Shown one piece after another: positions 1 through 10,983 of a stretch of DNA of 64,000 nucleotides. The stretch is taken from contig NC_135809.1 of the NCBI RefSeq assembly GCF_964213995.1, positions 54,002,001 through 54,066,000 on the forward strand. The letters are read 5' to 3'. The notes below the pieces were generated by a model. It searched no databases and was not told the origin of the DNA. It saw only the letters and a program-made list of their open reading frames with translations. Positions within the stretch are counted from its first letter, which is position 1. Every line of letters starts with the position of its first letter. This DNA comes from Mustelus asterias. Taxonomy: Eukaryota. The translations under genes and the position numbers were made by a program.

Positions 1-428
1 GCCCACGATGTTGTGCCGAGCTTTATCTGAAACCAAGATCAAGCTATCCCACTCCCTATCATCCTGGTGTGTGGGTTAGGTTGATTGGCCATGGTAAAAT
101 TGCCCCTTAGTCTCCTGAGATGCGTAGGTTAGAGGGATTAGCGGGTAAATGTGTAGGGATAAGGGGGTAGAGCCTGGGTGGGATTGTGGTCGGTGCAGAC
201 TCGATGGGCCAGATGGCCTCTTTCTGCACTGTAGGGTTTCTATGATTCTATGATTCTATGATGTGCCTATCCAATAACCGCTTAAATGTTCCTAAAGTGT
301 CTGACTCCACTATCACAGCAGGCAGTCCATTGCACACCCCAACCACTCTCTGTGTAAAGAACCTACCTCTGATATCCTTCCTGTATCTCCCACCATGAAC
401 CCTATAGTTATGCCCCCTTGTAATAGCT
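1..428 (-). mobile_element. CR1-like LINE 3' end fragment, interrupted by a SINE fragment at 73-262
   Basis: Reverse-complement CR1 3' region (gcccacgatgttgtgccga...ccactctctgtgtaaagaacctacctctg) that resumes after the SINE. Confidence 0.7.
73..262 (+). mobile_element. HE1-type V-SINE, 5'-truncated (3' half with (TTCTATGA)n tail)
   Basis: ggttaggttgattggccatg...gactcgatgggcc...tctgcactgtagggtttctatgattctatgattctatga; matches other copies in the window. Confidence 0.85.
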
Positions 429-450
429 CGGGGGTCGCGTAACTTACCCC

Positions 451-585
451 AGCACCCGGAGGAAACTCACGCAGAGAAGGGGAGACTGTGCAAAATCCAC
501 ACACACGGTGAGCCGAAGCTGGAATTAAACTGGGTCCCTGGCACTGTGAGGCAGCAGTGCTAACCACTGTGCTGCCATGCCGCCT
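451..585 (-). mobile_element. HE1-type SINE, 5' part (tRNA-derived head)
   Basis: Reverse complement reads ggcggcatggcagcacagtggttagcactgctgcctcacagtgccagggaccc, with A/B-box-like head. Confidence 0.85.
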
Positions 586-1032
586 GGTCAATGTGTCTTA
601 CAAATTTGGCTGCCATGTTGGAGAATTACCGTATCATTTTACCTGGACCTTTCTGATACACTTTTTAAAATAATACACTAAATTGCAAGGATCAAAGTTT
701 ATCTCTGGTTTTATGTGATAGTATAAGGCTTGCAGAATTTTCTTGGAGACTTCTGCTATTCTTAATGCCATTCTTCCTGTATGCAGGGCAGTCAAGTCCA
801 CAGAAAAAGTGTAACTCATTGTAGTCTTTTCCAAGGTCAGAGGGGATGATCCCATAACACCAAAGGTATTTTGGATTTCTCTCATAGAACAGCTCATATG
901 GACTATAGGCCCGCAACCATTTGAAGTGAATTCTTCATGTGAACTGCCCAAGCCAGAGCAGATGATACCTTGCATGATTTCTTTCACATAGCCCATTACT
1001 GAAGGGACTTTTAGCTGCAGTGTTCATCACTA

Positions 1033-1204
1033 TGATTGGCCATGCTAAAATTGCCCCTTAGTGTCCTGAGATGCGTAGGTTAGAGGGATTAGCGGGTAAA
1101 TGTGTAGGGATATAGGGGTAGAGCCTGGGTGGGATTGTGGTCGGTGCAGACTCGATTGGCCAGATGGCCTCTTTCTGCACTGTAGGGTTTCTATGATTCT
1201 ATGA
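1033..1204 (+). mobile_element. HE1-type SINE, 5'-truncated, inserted in the copia integrase
   Basis: Near-identical to 82-252; integrase sequence continues on both sides. Confidence 0.85.
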
Positions 1205-2248
1205 ATAATTTTGCATATCCCTAAATTCATCATGAGCAAATTCCCCGTCATTGTCAGTTAAGAATTTAGTCAGTACCTCCAGTCCACTCCCAATCCATTT
1301 TTCCATGATTATTTTCATAATCAGTCTTTTGTTTTTTACAAGGTATTACTGTAGACAGACTGAATCTTGTTGCCATGTCTATGAAGTGCAAAATGAAAAT
1401 GTTTCTATCCTTGTTTCACGTCTTTAAAATCATAGCTACCATGAAACATTTACGTTAGGCCGTGATGGTGTCCTCTGATACTTTTTACATATCACATTTT
1501 TCAAGAATCCCTTCAATAAGCTTTGTGCACTCATCATCAACTGCCCCTGCAGCCTTTCATAGATTTTAACCAATGACAAAAGGGATGAGCAAAGTGTCAA
1601 TGGAAATTTAAGGCAATTTTCTTCTTCTTCTCTCAAATTCATATCACCTGGTGCTGGTAACACTGCTTTAACATTCTGATTAGAGATGTTAGGTTTTGTT
1701 AAAGGAATGCAAAATGGTCCTGATTGGAAAGTCAGCAAATTTATTATTTACCCAAAGATAATTGCTTTCTCATGTCCCATGTGCAGTTTCATTTGTCTTT
1801 TTCATGCATGGTTTGCTCAGCAGCAAGGTAATCTCACAAGATACTGTATCTGCACTAATAAAGTGGCTTACCCCAGCTATGCCGTGTGGATTTACCACTC
1901 TTTTCAGTGACTTCAATGTGCTGTCATCCCCGAACCTGAAGCAGGTGGAGCTTCCATATTTATTGACCTTCAACCCTTACTGCTGACTGAATCCAAATAA
2001 CCAAATTCAATCAATTCATTCCACATACTGTGAACATGCAATCACTGTCCAACACAGCGAATTAAATGAACCCACGATGAGTTTATTCATTAATATACTG
2101 AAACTTCTTGAGACCAATACAATTCCCTCAGACTGATCAGTTTTTGTCATCTTCCCCTTCCAAGCGTCTGTCATGTGTTGCCTCAAAAACCCTGTTTAAT
2201 TTGGATAACTTACTGTTAAATGATACTTTGAACCACATAGAATTTATG

Positions 2249-2560
2249 TCATAGAATCCCTACAGTGCAGAAGGAGACCATTCAGCCCATCAAGTCTGCA
2301 CCGACTACAATCCTACCCAGGCCCTATTCCTCCTACCCCTCATATTTACCCTGCAGAATCTCCCTGACACTAGGGTTAATTTAGCATGGCCAATGAACCT
2401 AACCCGCACATCTTTTAACTGTGGGAGGAACCCGGAGGAAACCCACGTAGACACGGGGAATGTGTAAACTTCACACAGACAGTGATCTGAGGCCAGAATT
2501 GAACCCGGGTCCCTGGCGCTGTGAGGCAGCAGTGTGAACCACTGTGCTACCGTGCCACCC
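2249..2560 (-). mobile_element. HE1-type V-SINE, full length
   Basis: tRNA-derived head, central domain and CR1-like tail. Confidence 0.9.
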
Positions 2561-3235
2561 CACATCTGAAGCACCTGTTAATAATTCCCCAGACATTCCT
2601 GGAGTTCATTATTATTCCATTCCTGTCATCTGCCAGGTCAGCAAAATGTGTGATTTTTCTGTTGAATTGAGACCTGCACCCCATACTTGAACGGTCTTAA
2701 AATGCTGCAAGTATTGAATCCTCCATCTTTTGTGTCCTATTCGGACCAAGGATGCCCTGGAAATGATTACTTTCCCAGGATTTTTTTTTAAACTTAGGAC
2801 ATCTGATCCAAAAGCATGTTTCTCACTGAGAATCAAACTCTGGTTAAGAACAGGAACGTATCCAGATGTAACACTTCAGCAGAATCCGACAACTTGAAAG
2901 CGAGCACTGAACCAGGAATTTCCAAATATAATTTCTGCAATCTTCTATCTAACCTGTGAAATTCCATGGTATATTTTTCTTTGGCAGTCTTGTGAAAAAG
3001 GGAGCCACTTTTGCATATTTTTCTCATTCAAGGGGCAGGTGAGCAAATTTCTGAAAGATAAGGTTGGGCACAAAAGCTGAATTTCAAAAAGAAAAGTTGA
3101 GATTTTAAGGAAAGAAACAATTGCCAAACAAAAGTACAGCAATGTCAGAGCAATAAATTGTTTAGTTAAAAAAAATTACCAACATGTTAGACGGTCAATG
3201 TATGTGGGTGAGTGATTGTAAATGGGTACGTGTGT

Positions 3236-3560
3236 ATTTCGATTTGATTTATTATTGTCACATGTATTAGTATACAGTGAAAAGTATTCTTTCTTGCAGT
3301 ACTCACGGTGAGGAAATGTCATCCCAAATACCTCTGTCTGTCTCCTAACTCGTACTGAGTTCCATTTTCTTCCATAAATGGTTTGTTGATCATTGTATTT
3401 TGTTGAAGATGCAAAGCTTTGGTAGACCTGGGGAAGAGATGGTGCCATAATGAATACGTGGGAATAAGTGAGTAGGAGAGTGAGTGAGTACAGACAAAGT
3501 ATACTGTACGTAGAGAAAGAAAGGAGAGCGTGCAGAATGTAGTATTACAGTCATAGCTAG
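3236..3560 (-). mobile_element. Rex1/Babar LINE 3' tail fragment interrupted by a templated insert (3297-3489)
   Basis: gatttgatttattattgtcacatgtattag...cagacaaag...gtgcagaatgtagt matches the Rex1 3' ends at 34620, 42702 and 63272. Confidence 0.8.
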
Positions 3561-4126
3561 TATGTGTTGCTGAATGGTCGTAACAGTGAGAAACTAGACT
3601 GGGCGTAAAATAGACTCTCATTTATCCAGCAAGTTCATTCATCCTCTCAAACACCCACCCACCTCATCCCTTATAAGCAACTCCCTAACCACCCTGTCCC
3701 TCTCAAACATCCACCAACCCCATCTCTTGCACCCACAACCACTCGCTCCCCCCACACAAGCTCACTCATTCCCTCCAACATACTCGCTCATTCCCACACA
3801 CAAACACTCACTCCCTCTCCTACTCATTCATCCTCTCCATATTCATTGTGGCACCATCACTTCCCCAGGTCTACCAAAGTTTTGCCCACCTGGGCCTTGA
3901 ATTGACCATGACCTTCCAGTCTTCGACTTGACCTTGGCCTCCCTGGACTTCCTCTTAACCCAGGATCTCAGCTGGTTCTCTGCGTGATCCCAATTTTTAA
4001 TCAAACAATGCCCATCATCTGTGTATCTTTAAAAAATACGCTGATCAGCAAACCATTTATGGAAGAAAATGGAACTCAGTACAAGTTAGGATACAGACAG
4101 AGGTATTTGGGATGACATTTTCTCAC

Positions 4127-4222
4127 CTTGAGTACTGGAACCAAAAGACTAAATTAATGTCATCTCGAAAAACAGGACAGATTGCTTTTCCAACACTGTA
4201 CTTCATGCAATATTGTCTAAAT
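4127..4222 (-). CDS. Candidate 96-nt host-gene exon (FRQYCMKYSVGKAICPVFRDDINLVFWFQYS), gene not recognised
   Basis: Acceptor ccctttcttaaaaacag, donor AAG|gtgaga, only one open frame, phase 2-2, lies outside recognised repeats. Confidence 0.35.
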
Positions 4223-4544
4223 CTGTTTTTAAGAAAGGGTGTAAAATTCTAAAATATTACACCATGACTTTCTGCAAATGTATTTTATTTTCAGCAATTC
4301 AAACTAAAACCATATTACTTATTTTATAGCAGTCCAAGTTTATCGATGCCAATCATGGATGATTGAGTCATTTCTTGCTCCTGTCCCCACCTCCAATCTG
4401 TTGATCTGCTGCTCCAGGGGATACAACCAATTATACATTCCAGGCAGAAAGTCTTTACTTTTGTGAAATCAAGTAATCTTGCTTCCAGTTTCCAGCAGAG
4501 CTCTATCCCCTCGAGCCACAGCAGGTTCAGGAAAGAGCGGGGAG

Positions 4545-4558
4545 GTTGCCAAGGTAAC
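4545..4558. promoter_or_regulatory. RFX X-box-like motif GTTGCCAAGGTAAC
   Basis: One mismatch from the X-box GTTGCCATGGTAAC, in non-repetitive DNA; CCAAT motifs near 4349 and 4393. Confidence 0.4.
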
Positions 4559-5070
4559 TGGGGGGGGTAGAAAAGAGATCCCCAGTTTGGACTCCAGCAA
4601 AGAAGGGAGAAGAATGCCTGCTTAAAGTGCAGGAAAGAGGAAAGGGATTACATGCCAATTTAAATTATGGAGGTGGGAGAAGAGTGTTGGTGTCAGCTGA
4701 GCAGAGTGGGAAGGAAGAATACCAGGTAGAGTTGAGAGGAGAAAATGTCAGTATACAGTGCACTGAAGAGTCTGAATACGGTGTACTGAGAAGTCTAAAT
4801 GATAACTAATGTTGCAGGCTACTGTAAATTGAGAAGGGAGGAAAATGTTTCTGTCACTGGTGACCAGGTCAACAGCCCGGAATCTCCAATCACTGGATGG
4901 TCATTACCTCCCTCGCCCCACCCAGGATGCACTAAAGGAGCCCCTGGAGATCCTAACGTACTAACTACATGAGAATTTCCCAGAAAGGTTGGACTGATGA
5001 TGGGGAATTCCCCTGAATCCGGAACCCTCCAAAGTCGTCTCCAACTGTGAGTTACGATCATAGACTCTCA

Positions 5071-5343
5071 AATCCAAGATGGCGCTGGAGTGAAGCGACG
5101 ACTTGCGAGCTGTGCCTAACATACCCTCTAATTGTATCTTTTATTCTTGTTCTATGCTTCTAAAACTCTATTCTAACTCTTTTAAATTCTCTAACAATGA
5201 TTAAGTTGATCTTTCTCTACACCCCAGCTGACACTACATTCTGCACCCTCTCCTTTCCTTCTCTATGTACAGTATGGCTTGTCTATAGCGCTCAAGAAAC
5301 GATGCTTTTCACTATACTAATACACGTGACAAATCAAATCAAA
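5071..5343 (+). mobile_element. Short bipartite Rex1-tailed non-autonomous element (LINE-like 5' end fused to Rex1 3' tail)
   Basis: Starts with ccAAGATGGCG (YY1-like); 5200-5343 is the Rex1 3' UTR ending in (AAATC)n; imperfect TSD agactctca/agacttca. Confidence 0.65.
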
Positions 5344-6629
5344 AGACTTCAGAGGGTTCCAACTTACTTTTCTGGATAGTTATCCAGGAAATGTCAGACA
5401 ACACAAAAACAGTTCTAACCCCAGCTGGGTAACTGTACATAATTGCTGATACTGACTCCCTCCGAATCCCCACCATCCTACTCCTCCCCAACTTGAATGC
5501 ACCACACCCTGCTGATGGCCCCCTGAACGACAACCTACCAGCACACCCCCAACCCAGATCACCTGACTATCCCCCAACTCCCCACTGACCATGTGATTAC
5601 TCCTAACCATCTGCCTACTCTCCTGACCCATCCAAATCCCTCACCCACTCTACCCAGCCACCCATGCACCTACTTCCTTATCCCCTCACCCAACTACGTG
5701 CCACCCTATCCTTTCACCCACTTAATTGCCATCCTCTCCACCCACTTCCCTGCCATCTATCCCTTGATCCCCAGGGGAGGACAAAGACACTGCTTCAAAG
5801 ACACTCTGAAGCTTTCCTTGAAGCTTCCATCAACATGAATGACTAGAAAAAGCTTAGTGCCAAAAATGTCCATCACCTGCAACATTCTTTAAGTCCAGAA
5901 ACATTAAAATTGAAGCAAAATGGTGGCAGAGAAGAAAAGAAAGTGAAGCAAATCCTGCACTCTGAATCCCATGACCTCATGGGAGCGCCTTGCCCATGTG
6001 CCCAAAGATCTGTGGGTTGAGAATGAGTCACATGAAGATCCATGGCAGAAACTCATGAACCTGAATAGATGTCATGCTCAGATGGAGGGACAGACAACAA
6101 TGACAAGTCATAACATATTGGTCAAGACAGATTGGCAAGCTATTCATCTGTGGAGGCAACACACAAAATATGACCTGTCAATGTTCATTATCTTCAGGTG
6201 TATTTTCTAGCAGAAATTATTTGATCTTCACAAGGAGCTAGAGTACTGTTTTGATTTGTTCTTCCACCTTTTCACCTCACACCCATTGTGCTACAAAGGC
6301 CATCAAAAATTCCCGTGTACAAATACCTTGGATGTATATAGTCACACAACTTATTATGTACATTTTCCTTCACTGAATTAAATGAGTGATTTTTTAGCAT
6401 TTATTTAAATGCTACTAAATATATTAATGGCCCCGGAGATGTGTTTCTTGACCTCAGTGCATGTGGCCATTTAAAATGACCGTGCACCTGTACTTGATCC
6501 AATTAATATCTTCTTTCACAAAATGTAATTACGTTATAAGACCGTCTAAATGTGCTTACGGTTTTTCTTTGCAATAGTTCTTTTTTTTTGATTTGTTGTC
6601 TTTAATCCCCTTTCTTCACTTATCTCCTG

Positions 6630-6925
6630 AATCATTTGCTCACTGGGGCAGAGTTCAGTGGACAATGGTCACCTCCCAACATTTGCCCTAGTTGGTCATT
6701 GCTAATGGATGAGCCTTGACAACAAGATGTTCAACAGTAGTTCTAGCCAGCTCAATTCTGTCACCAACCTAAGCCTGTACAGGAATACTTCCAGCAGGAA
6801 TCACTAAATGGTTGTCAGGCAGCCAGGTGAATGTTCCCAACACCCAGGTACATGGGTGTCAAATGTAGCCTCCCAGCTGATGAGGGGTAACTCATCATCG
6901 ATGGGGAACTGATTTCAGGACCTTA
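6630..6925 (-). mobile_element. Old unassigned SINE-like repeat (related copy at about 40350-40620, +)
   Basis: ttccagcaggaatcact at 6790 is the reverse complement of a motif resembling actgaccccttctggaaa at 40478; highly diverged. Confidence 0.3.
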
Positions 6926-7222
6926 CTGGTCTGCACGGACCAGGTTTATCTCAGTTCCACATTTTATTTGGCTGGTTTGCCAATGTGGTATATTACTTGT
7001 CAGGTTTATTTTAGACTGTATTGCGCTTGTGGTTCTGCACTTGTTTTCTCTCCAAATCTTGGAGAAAAGCCAAAATTCAATATTCCTAAGTGCATGATAT
7101 TCTGATTTTTTTCTCTTTTTATATCCAGGCTGAATCATTAGCATAATCTGGTGCATTTAAGGCCTGTCACTGTGCTGAATCTGCCATTTCAAATGCACAC
7201 ACATTCTCGCAGTCACTTGCAC

Positions 7223-7499
7223 TGGAGTTGCCAAGTCTGGATGGACACATCCTCCTGGCTTCATTACATGACCTCCTGTCTAAAACTGCCCCAGCCAGTG
7301 CAACAGCCTTTGCCCCAATTTTAATATTTTTATAAGTAATAACTAAAGGATTTTTAAAAATTGAATTATTCTTTGATGCCCCCCCCCCCCCCCCCCCCCC
7401 CCATGATTTTTCTGTGTGTGTTTGCTCATAACAATGTTTAGGAGAGTAACCTTCAATTCCTGTAGACCCTGGGGAAATCCCGGAGGATTAACAACCCTA
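7223..7499. mobile_element. Possible hAT (Tip100-like) MITE with internal poly-C
   Basis: Imperfect TIRs tggagttgccaa / ttaacaacccta. Confidence 0.35.
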
Positions 7500-7663
7500 T
7501 CTCTCATTTACACTCCCTCTCACAATGTACCTGATTTGCTGTTTCTGGACCAATTGATAGATTTAACATGCACAATGATACAGGGATCTGTATAAAAGGA
7601 AATGCTCCTTCTGAATTTGAAGTTTCCATTCCAGTATCTGTTCAGATGCGATTCATGGAGTTT

Positions 7664-7938
7664 AAAGTTTATTTATTAGTATCACAAGTAGGCTTACATT
7701 AACACTGCAATGAAATTACTGTGAAAATCCCCTAGTCGCTGCACTCCGGCGCCTGTTCAGGTACACTGGGGAAGAATTTAGCATGGCCAATGCACGCAAC
7801 CAGCACGTCATTCAGGCTGTGGGAGGAAACCGGAGCACCCAGAAGAAACGCACGCAGACACTGGGAGAACGTGCAAACTACACACACAAAGTGACCCGAC
7901 GCCAGAATTGAACCCGGGTCCCGTTGAGGCAGCAGTGC
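7664..7938 (-). mobile_element. HE1-related SINE, tail type B (non-CR1 tail)
   Basis: HE1 head and body followed by ...cgactaggggattttcacagtaa...gcctacttgtga..aataaataaac. Confidence 0.85.
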
Positions 7939-7964
7939 TAACCACTGTTCCACCGTGCTGGACA

Positions 7965-8290
7965 GTAGTGCAGTGGGTACCAGTAGTGCACTGGACTAGT
8001 ATTCCAGGTTAGTACACTGGGAACATGGGTTCAAATCCCACCATGGCAGCTGATGAAATTTAAATTCAATGAATGAAATCTGGAAGCAAAAGTTAGTCTC
8101 AGTACCATAAAATTATTGTCAATTGTGATTTTTAAAAAACCTATCTGGTTGACTAATATCTTTTAGGGAAGGAAATTGGCCATCCTTTCCCATATTGATA
8201 CCTGACCCACAGCAATGTGGTTGACTCATAACTGCCCTCTGAAATGGCTGAGAAAGTTACCCAGTTTAAGGGCAATTAGGGATAAACATG
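7965..8290 (+). mobile_element. tRNA-derived SINE sharing a 3' tail with the LINE at 51865-53530
   Basis: B-box ggttcaaatccc; ends aagggcaattagggat, similar to the reverse complement of 51872-51895. Confidence 0.65.
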
Positions 8291-8579
8291 CACCTCCCAT
8301 GAGGGGGGTGGCATAACTGCCATTGCTGGATTGTGGTTTTGTGGTCCTTTCTCATGGTAGTTGGCCAGCTGGACAGATTACAGCTGGTCCATCAGATCAG
8401 CTGCCCAACCTGCTACTGACTGCAACTACTACAGGAACAGGGCAGGGTAGGACAATTCTGTGGAGTCTCCATTAGCTGATGTGGAGGAATGTAGAGTGGG
8501 AGGCAGAGGAATTGTATCAAGATCTACTGTATTCTACTAAAATGAAGTGCGATTTATGCTTGTGCCTGGGCCCACTAAG

Positions 8580-8770
8580 AAAGTCATATAGCACAGAATG
8601 AGCCCACTCAGCTCATCACGCCCTTGTGGTTCTTTGAATGATCTGATTAGATCTACTCCCACGCTCTTTTCCCCTGCAAATGTTTCAATTTTCAAGTAGA
8701 TATCCAATTCATTTTTGAAAGTTACTATTAAATCTGCTTTCACTTCCCTTTCAGACCATGCGTTCCAGGA
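8580..8770 (-). mobile_element. CR1-like LINE 3' end fragment
   Basis: Translation WNAWSEREVKADLIVTFKNELDIYL (CR1 ORF2 C-terminus). Confidence 0.7.
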
Positions 8771-8981
8771 CAATTGAAGTCAATTGATCCCAGATACGAG
8801 CCAGAATACCTTTTATATTTTAACTTGTACACTATAATGTGTAGCTGGGTTTGTCAAATAAATCCCAGCACCTTAAAATATATGCATGTTAAGGGAGTTT
8901 AAAAATTAATTCACATTGACACTGGCTGTTGTAGTGATTAAGCAAACTTTTTTTTTCCCAGACAGATGAGATGAAAACAGT

Positions 8982-9107
8982 GGCAGGAATTTTACCGGCA
9001 CGCCTGCCCCGATTCCGGGGGTGGGTGAGGCTTGGAAATGGCATTCTCCGTTGGCCTCGGGCGGGATCGTACGAACCTCGGACAGACGTTCCGCTAAGAT
9101 TCCGTGC
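8982..9107. mobile_element. Small PIF/Harbinger-type MITE (about 126 bp)
   Basis: TIRs ggcaggaattttaccggcacg / cgttccgctaagattccgtgc; 3-bp TSD AGT; same family as 42360-42486. Confidence 0.75.
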
Positions 9108-9539
9108 AGTATCTCAGCAACTATTGGTTGTGTTGCACTTTTGAAATCCTAGCAGCTTTGTTTATAATATAGCCAAATATTCTCTCTCCAGTTAAGGCAA
9201 AAAAAAGCCTTTCACTGCCTGTCACGTTTGACCTGGAAACAACTGCAATTTTAAAAAAATACTTTCCTCAGTCTTCCATTGTGGTAGGATACAATAATAA
9301 GATACAAAAAACTGTGAATTGTACAAGGTTTTATATAAACTGGAATTACTCCACCACCAGCCAACTACAAAGCTTGGAATTTTTAATGAAAACTTCAACT
9401 AAGTGATGTGGATAGAAAGTGCATGCAAGCTCTAGTTTTATTAAGCGATATAGATATTATGGTTTCCGTGAACGTGTGACAAAAGGAATGACATTGCCAA
9501 GGCTGCGATAGTTGTGGTTCAGATATATCTGTGTAAAAT

Positions 9540-9767
9540 AAGTAAAGTTGCCATAGTCCCAGATGACCATAGGCTGCTCTCCCCTTTTGAGGGGGAAAGC
9601 TGACTGGTGGCGATTTCAACCTGAGGATCACCATCAGGTGAGGGGCAAGGTTGAGAAGGTGGGCTTGCATGAATAACCTCAGTCGGTACAGGAATTGAAC
9701 CAGTGCTGTTGGCATTCTTCTGCATCACAAACCAACCGACTAGCCTAATGAGCTAAACTGACCCCCA
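9540..9767 (-). mobile_element. tRNA-derived SINE (distinct family)
   Basis: Reverse complement ggggtcagtttagctca...ggttcaattcc (A/B boxes) plus unique body. Confidence 0.6.
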
Positions 9768-10561
9768 AGAAAAACCGTGGAATGTAGTACAGCTCTTTAG
9801 CCTGTACAGGGACCGAACCTGCTCCCTTGGTGCTATTAGAACCATGGTTGAACCATTTGAACTAACCAGCTATATATACATGTATGTATGTTGAGTCCAA
9901 TAAATATAACTCAAAATACACATGGCTAAGTGGGACTATAAAGATACGCACAGAAATACAGATGTAAAGATGCAGTGAATTAGTAATGTTTGATTTTTAT
10001 CACAGCAAAGGAGAGAGATGGAATTTTTTAAACAATATACTTTGAAACCTTATTTTTTGTCGCTCTACTTTACTCTAGTGGGTATTTTAAAAAATATTTT
10101 TTGTCCTTGGTTGGCAAAAAGCCTGGCATTTTGTAAAGATGGTTACTCTCTAGAGATTTTCCTCGACTTTCCACCAGCTCATTCTCCCACCTGCTTTTCT
10201 CTATAGTCCGGATGTTATAACTTTGCTTCACATGCAGCTGTTGCTTATAAACAGGGAACATGGTTGGCCAAAGGGAACTCCTACACTTTCCAGTTTCCAA
10301 CTTATTTGTGTGGGTGTCATGACGTGGCACAGAACATGCATCTGCATTAATACTGTCTTATATGGATACTTGAGCAGAATAACATGAGTGTATTGCAGGG
10401 TTCACCAGTGGCTAGTTTTAAATGTAAGGTGACAACATGGATAAAGGAATGATTAAAGATTTTAAAGTAGAAATGAATAGATGTTTCTCCAATTGGCAAG
10501 ATGTTTCTCATGTTTTGTCCTAGGTATTTGCCTTGGGATCTCTATTTTATAAGAGCAACAG

Positions 10562-10983
10562 AAAGAACTTGCTTCTGTGAAGATCACTTTTCATTGACCT
10601 CAGGACACCCTGAAGCACTTCACTGCCAATTAGTACATTAAGTGGAATCACTGTTGGAATATAGGAAAATGCCGCAGCCAATTTGCATGCAGCAAGCACC
10701 TACAACTAACAATAAGATAATCGACCAGCTGATCCATTTCAGTGATGTTGATCGAGGAATAAATATTGGCCAGCTCACCGGTGAGAACTTTAAATGAGTA
10801 TCATGGAATCCTTTATGCCCACCTGAGAAGCAGACAGGGCCTTTATTTTTAATGACTCACTTCTGACAGTGCAGCAATCGTTCAGTATCACACTGGAGTT
10901 AATACACAGATTATGTGCTAAAGTTTCTGAAGATGGGACTTGACCCCATGAACGAGTGCTACCAATCAGGTCAAGGCTGACAC
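10562..10983 (-). mobile_element. DeuSINE (SacSINE1-like) old SINE
   Basis: Deu-domain-like tctgcttctcaggtgggcataaaggattccatg...ctggccaatatttattcctcgatcaacatcac on the minus strand; second copy at 40860-41282. Confidence 0.7.

Larger units (their letters stand above)
620..3030 (-). mobile_element. Degenerate Ty1/copia-type LTR retrotransposon internal region (gag - aspartic protease - integrase), GalEa-like; split by SINEs at 1033-1204 and 2249-2560
   Basis: Manual minus-strand translation gives gag (YTMEFHRLDRRLQKLYLEIPGSVLAFKL), protease (FAVLDSDCMFTVCG...FRFGDD...LLLSKPCMKK), integrase Zn region (ICKKYQRTPSRP) and core (LHFIDMATRFS...KFLTDNDGEF...TAAKSPFSNGLCERNH...ALAWAVHMKNSL...YSPYELFYERNP). 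Many stops and frameshifts; PR is followed directly by IN. Confidence 0.85.

Noticed and set aside
634-996. 120-aa ORF ending at a good donor (CAG|gtaaaa), which at first looked like a host exon
   Set aside because: It is a frameshifted mosaic of the copia integrase C-terminal region.
7379-7402. Long poly-C tracts (also about 13012, 13085, 15353, 28232, 62907)
   Set aside because: They are homopolymer expansions mostly inside MITE-like repeats, and their lengths may be sequencing-dependent.
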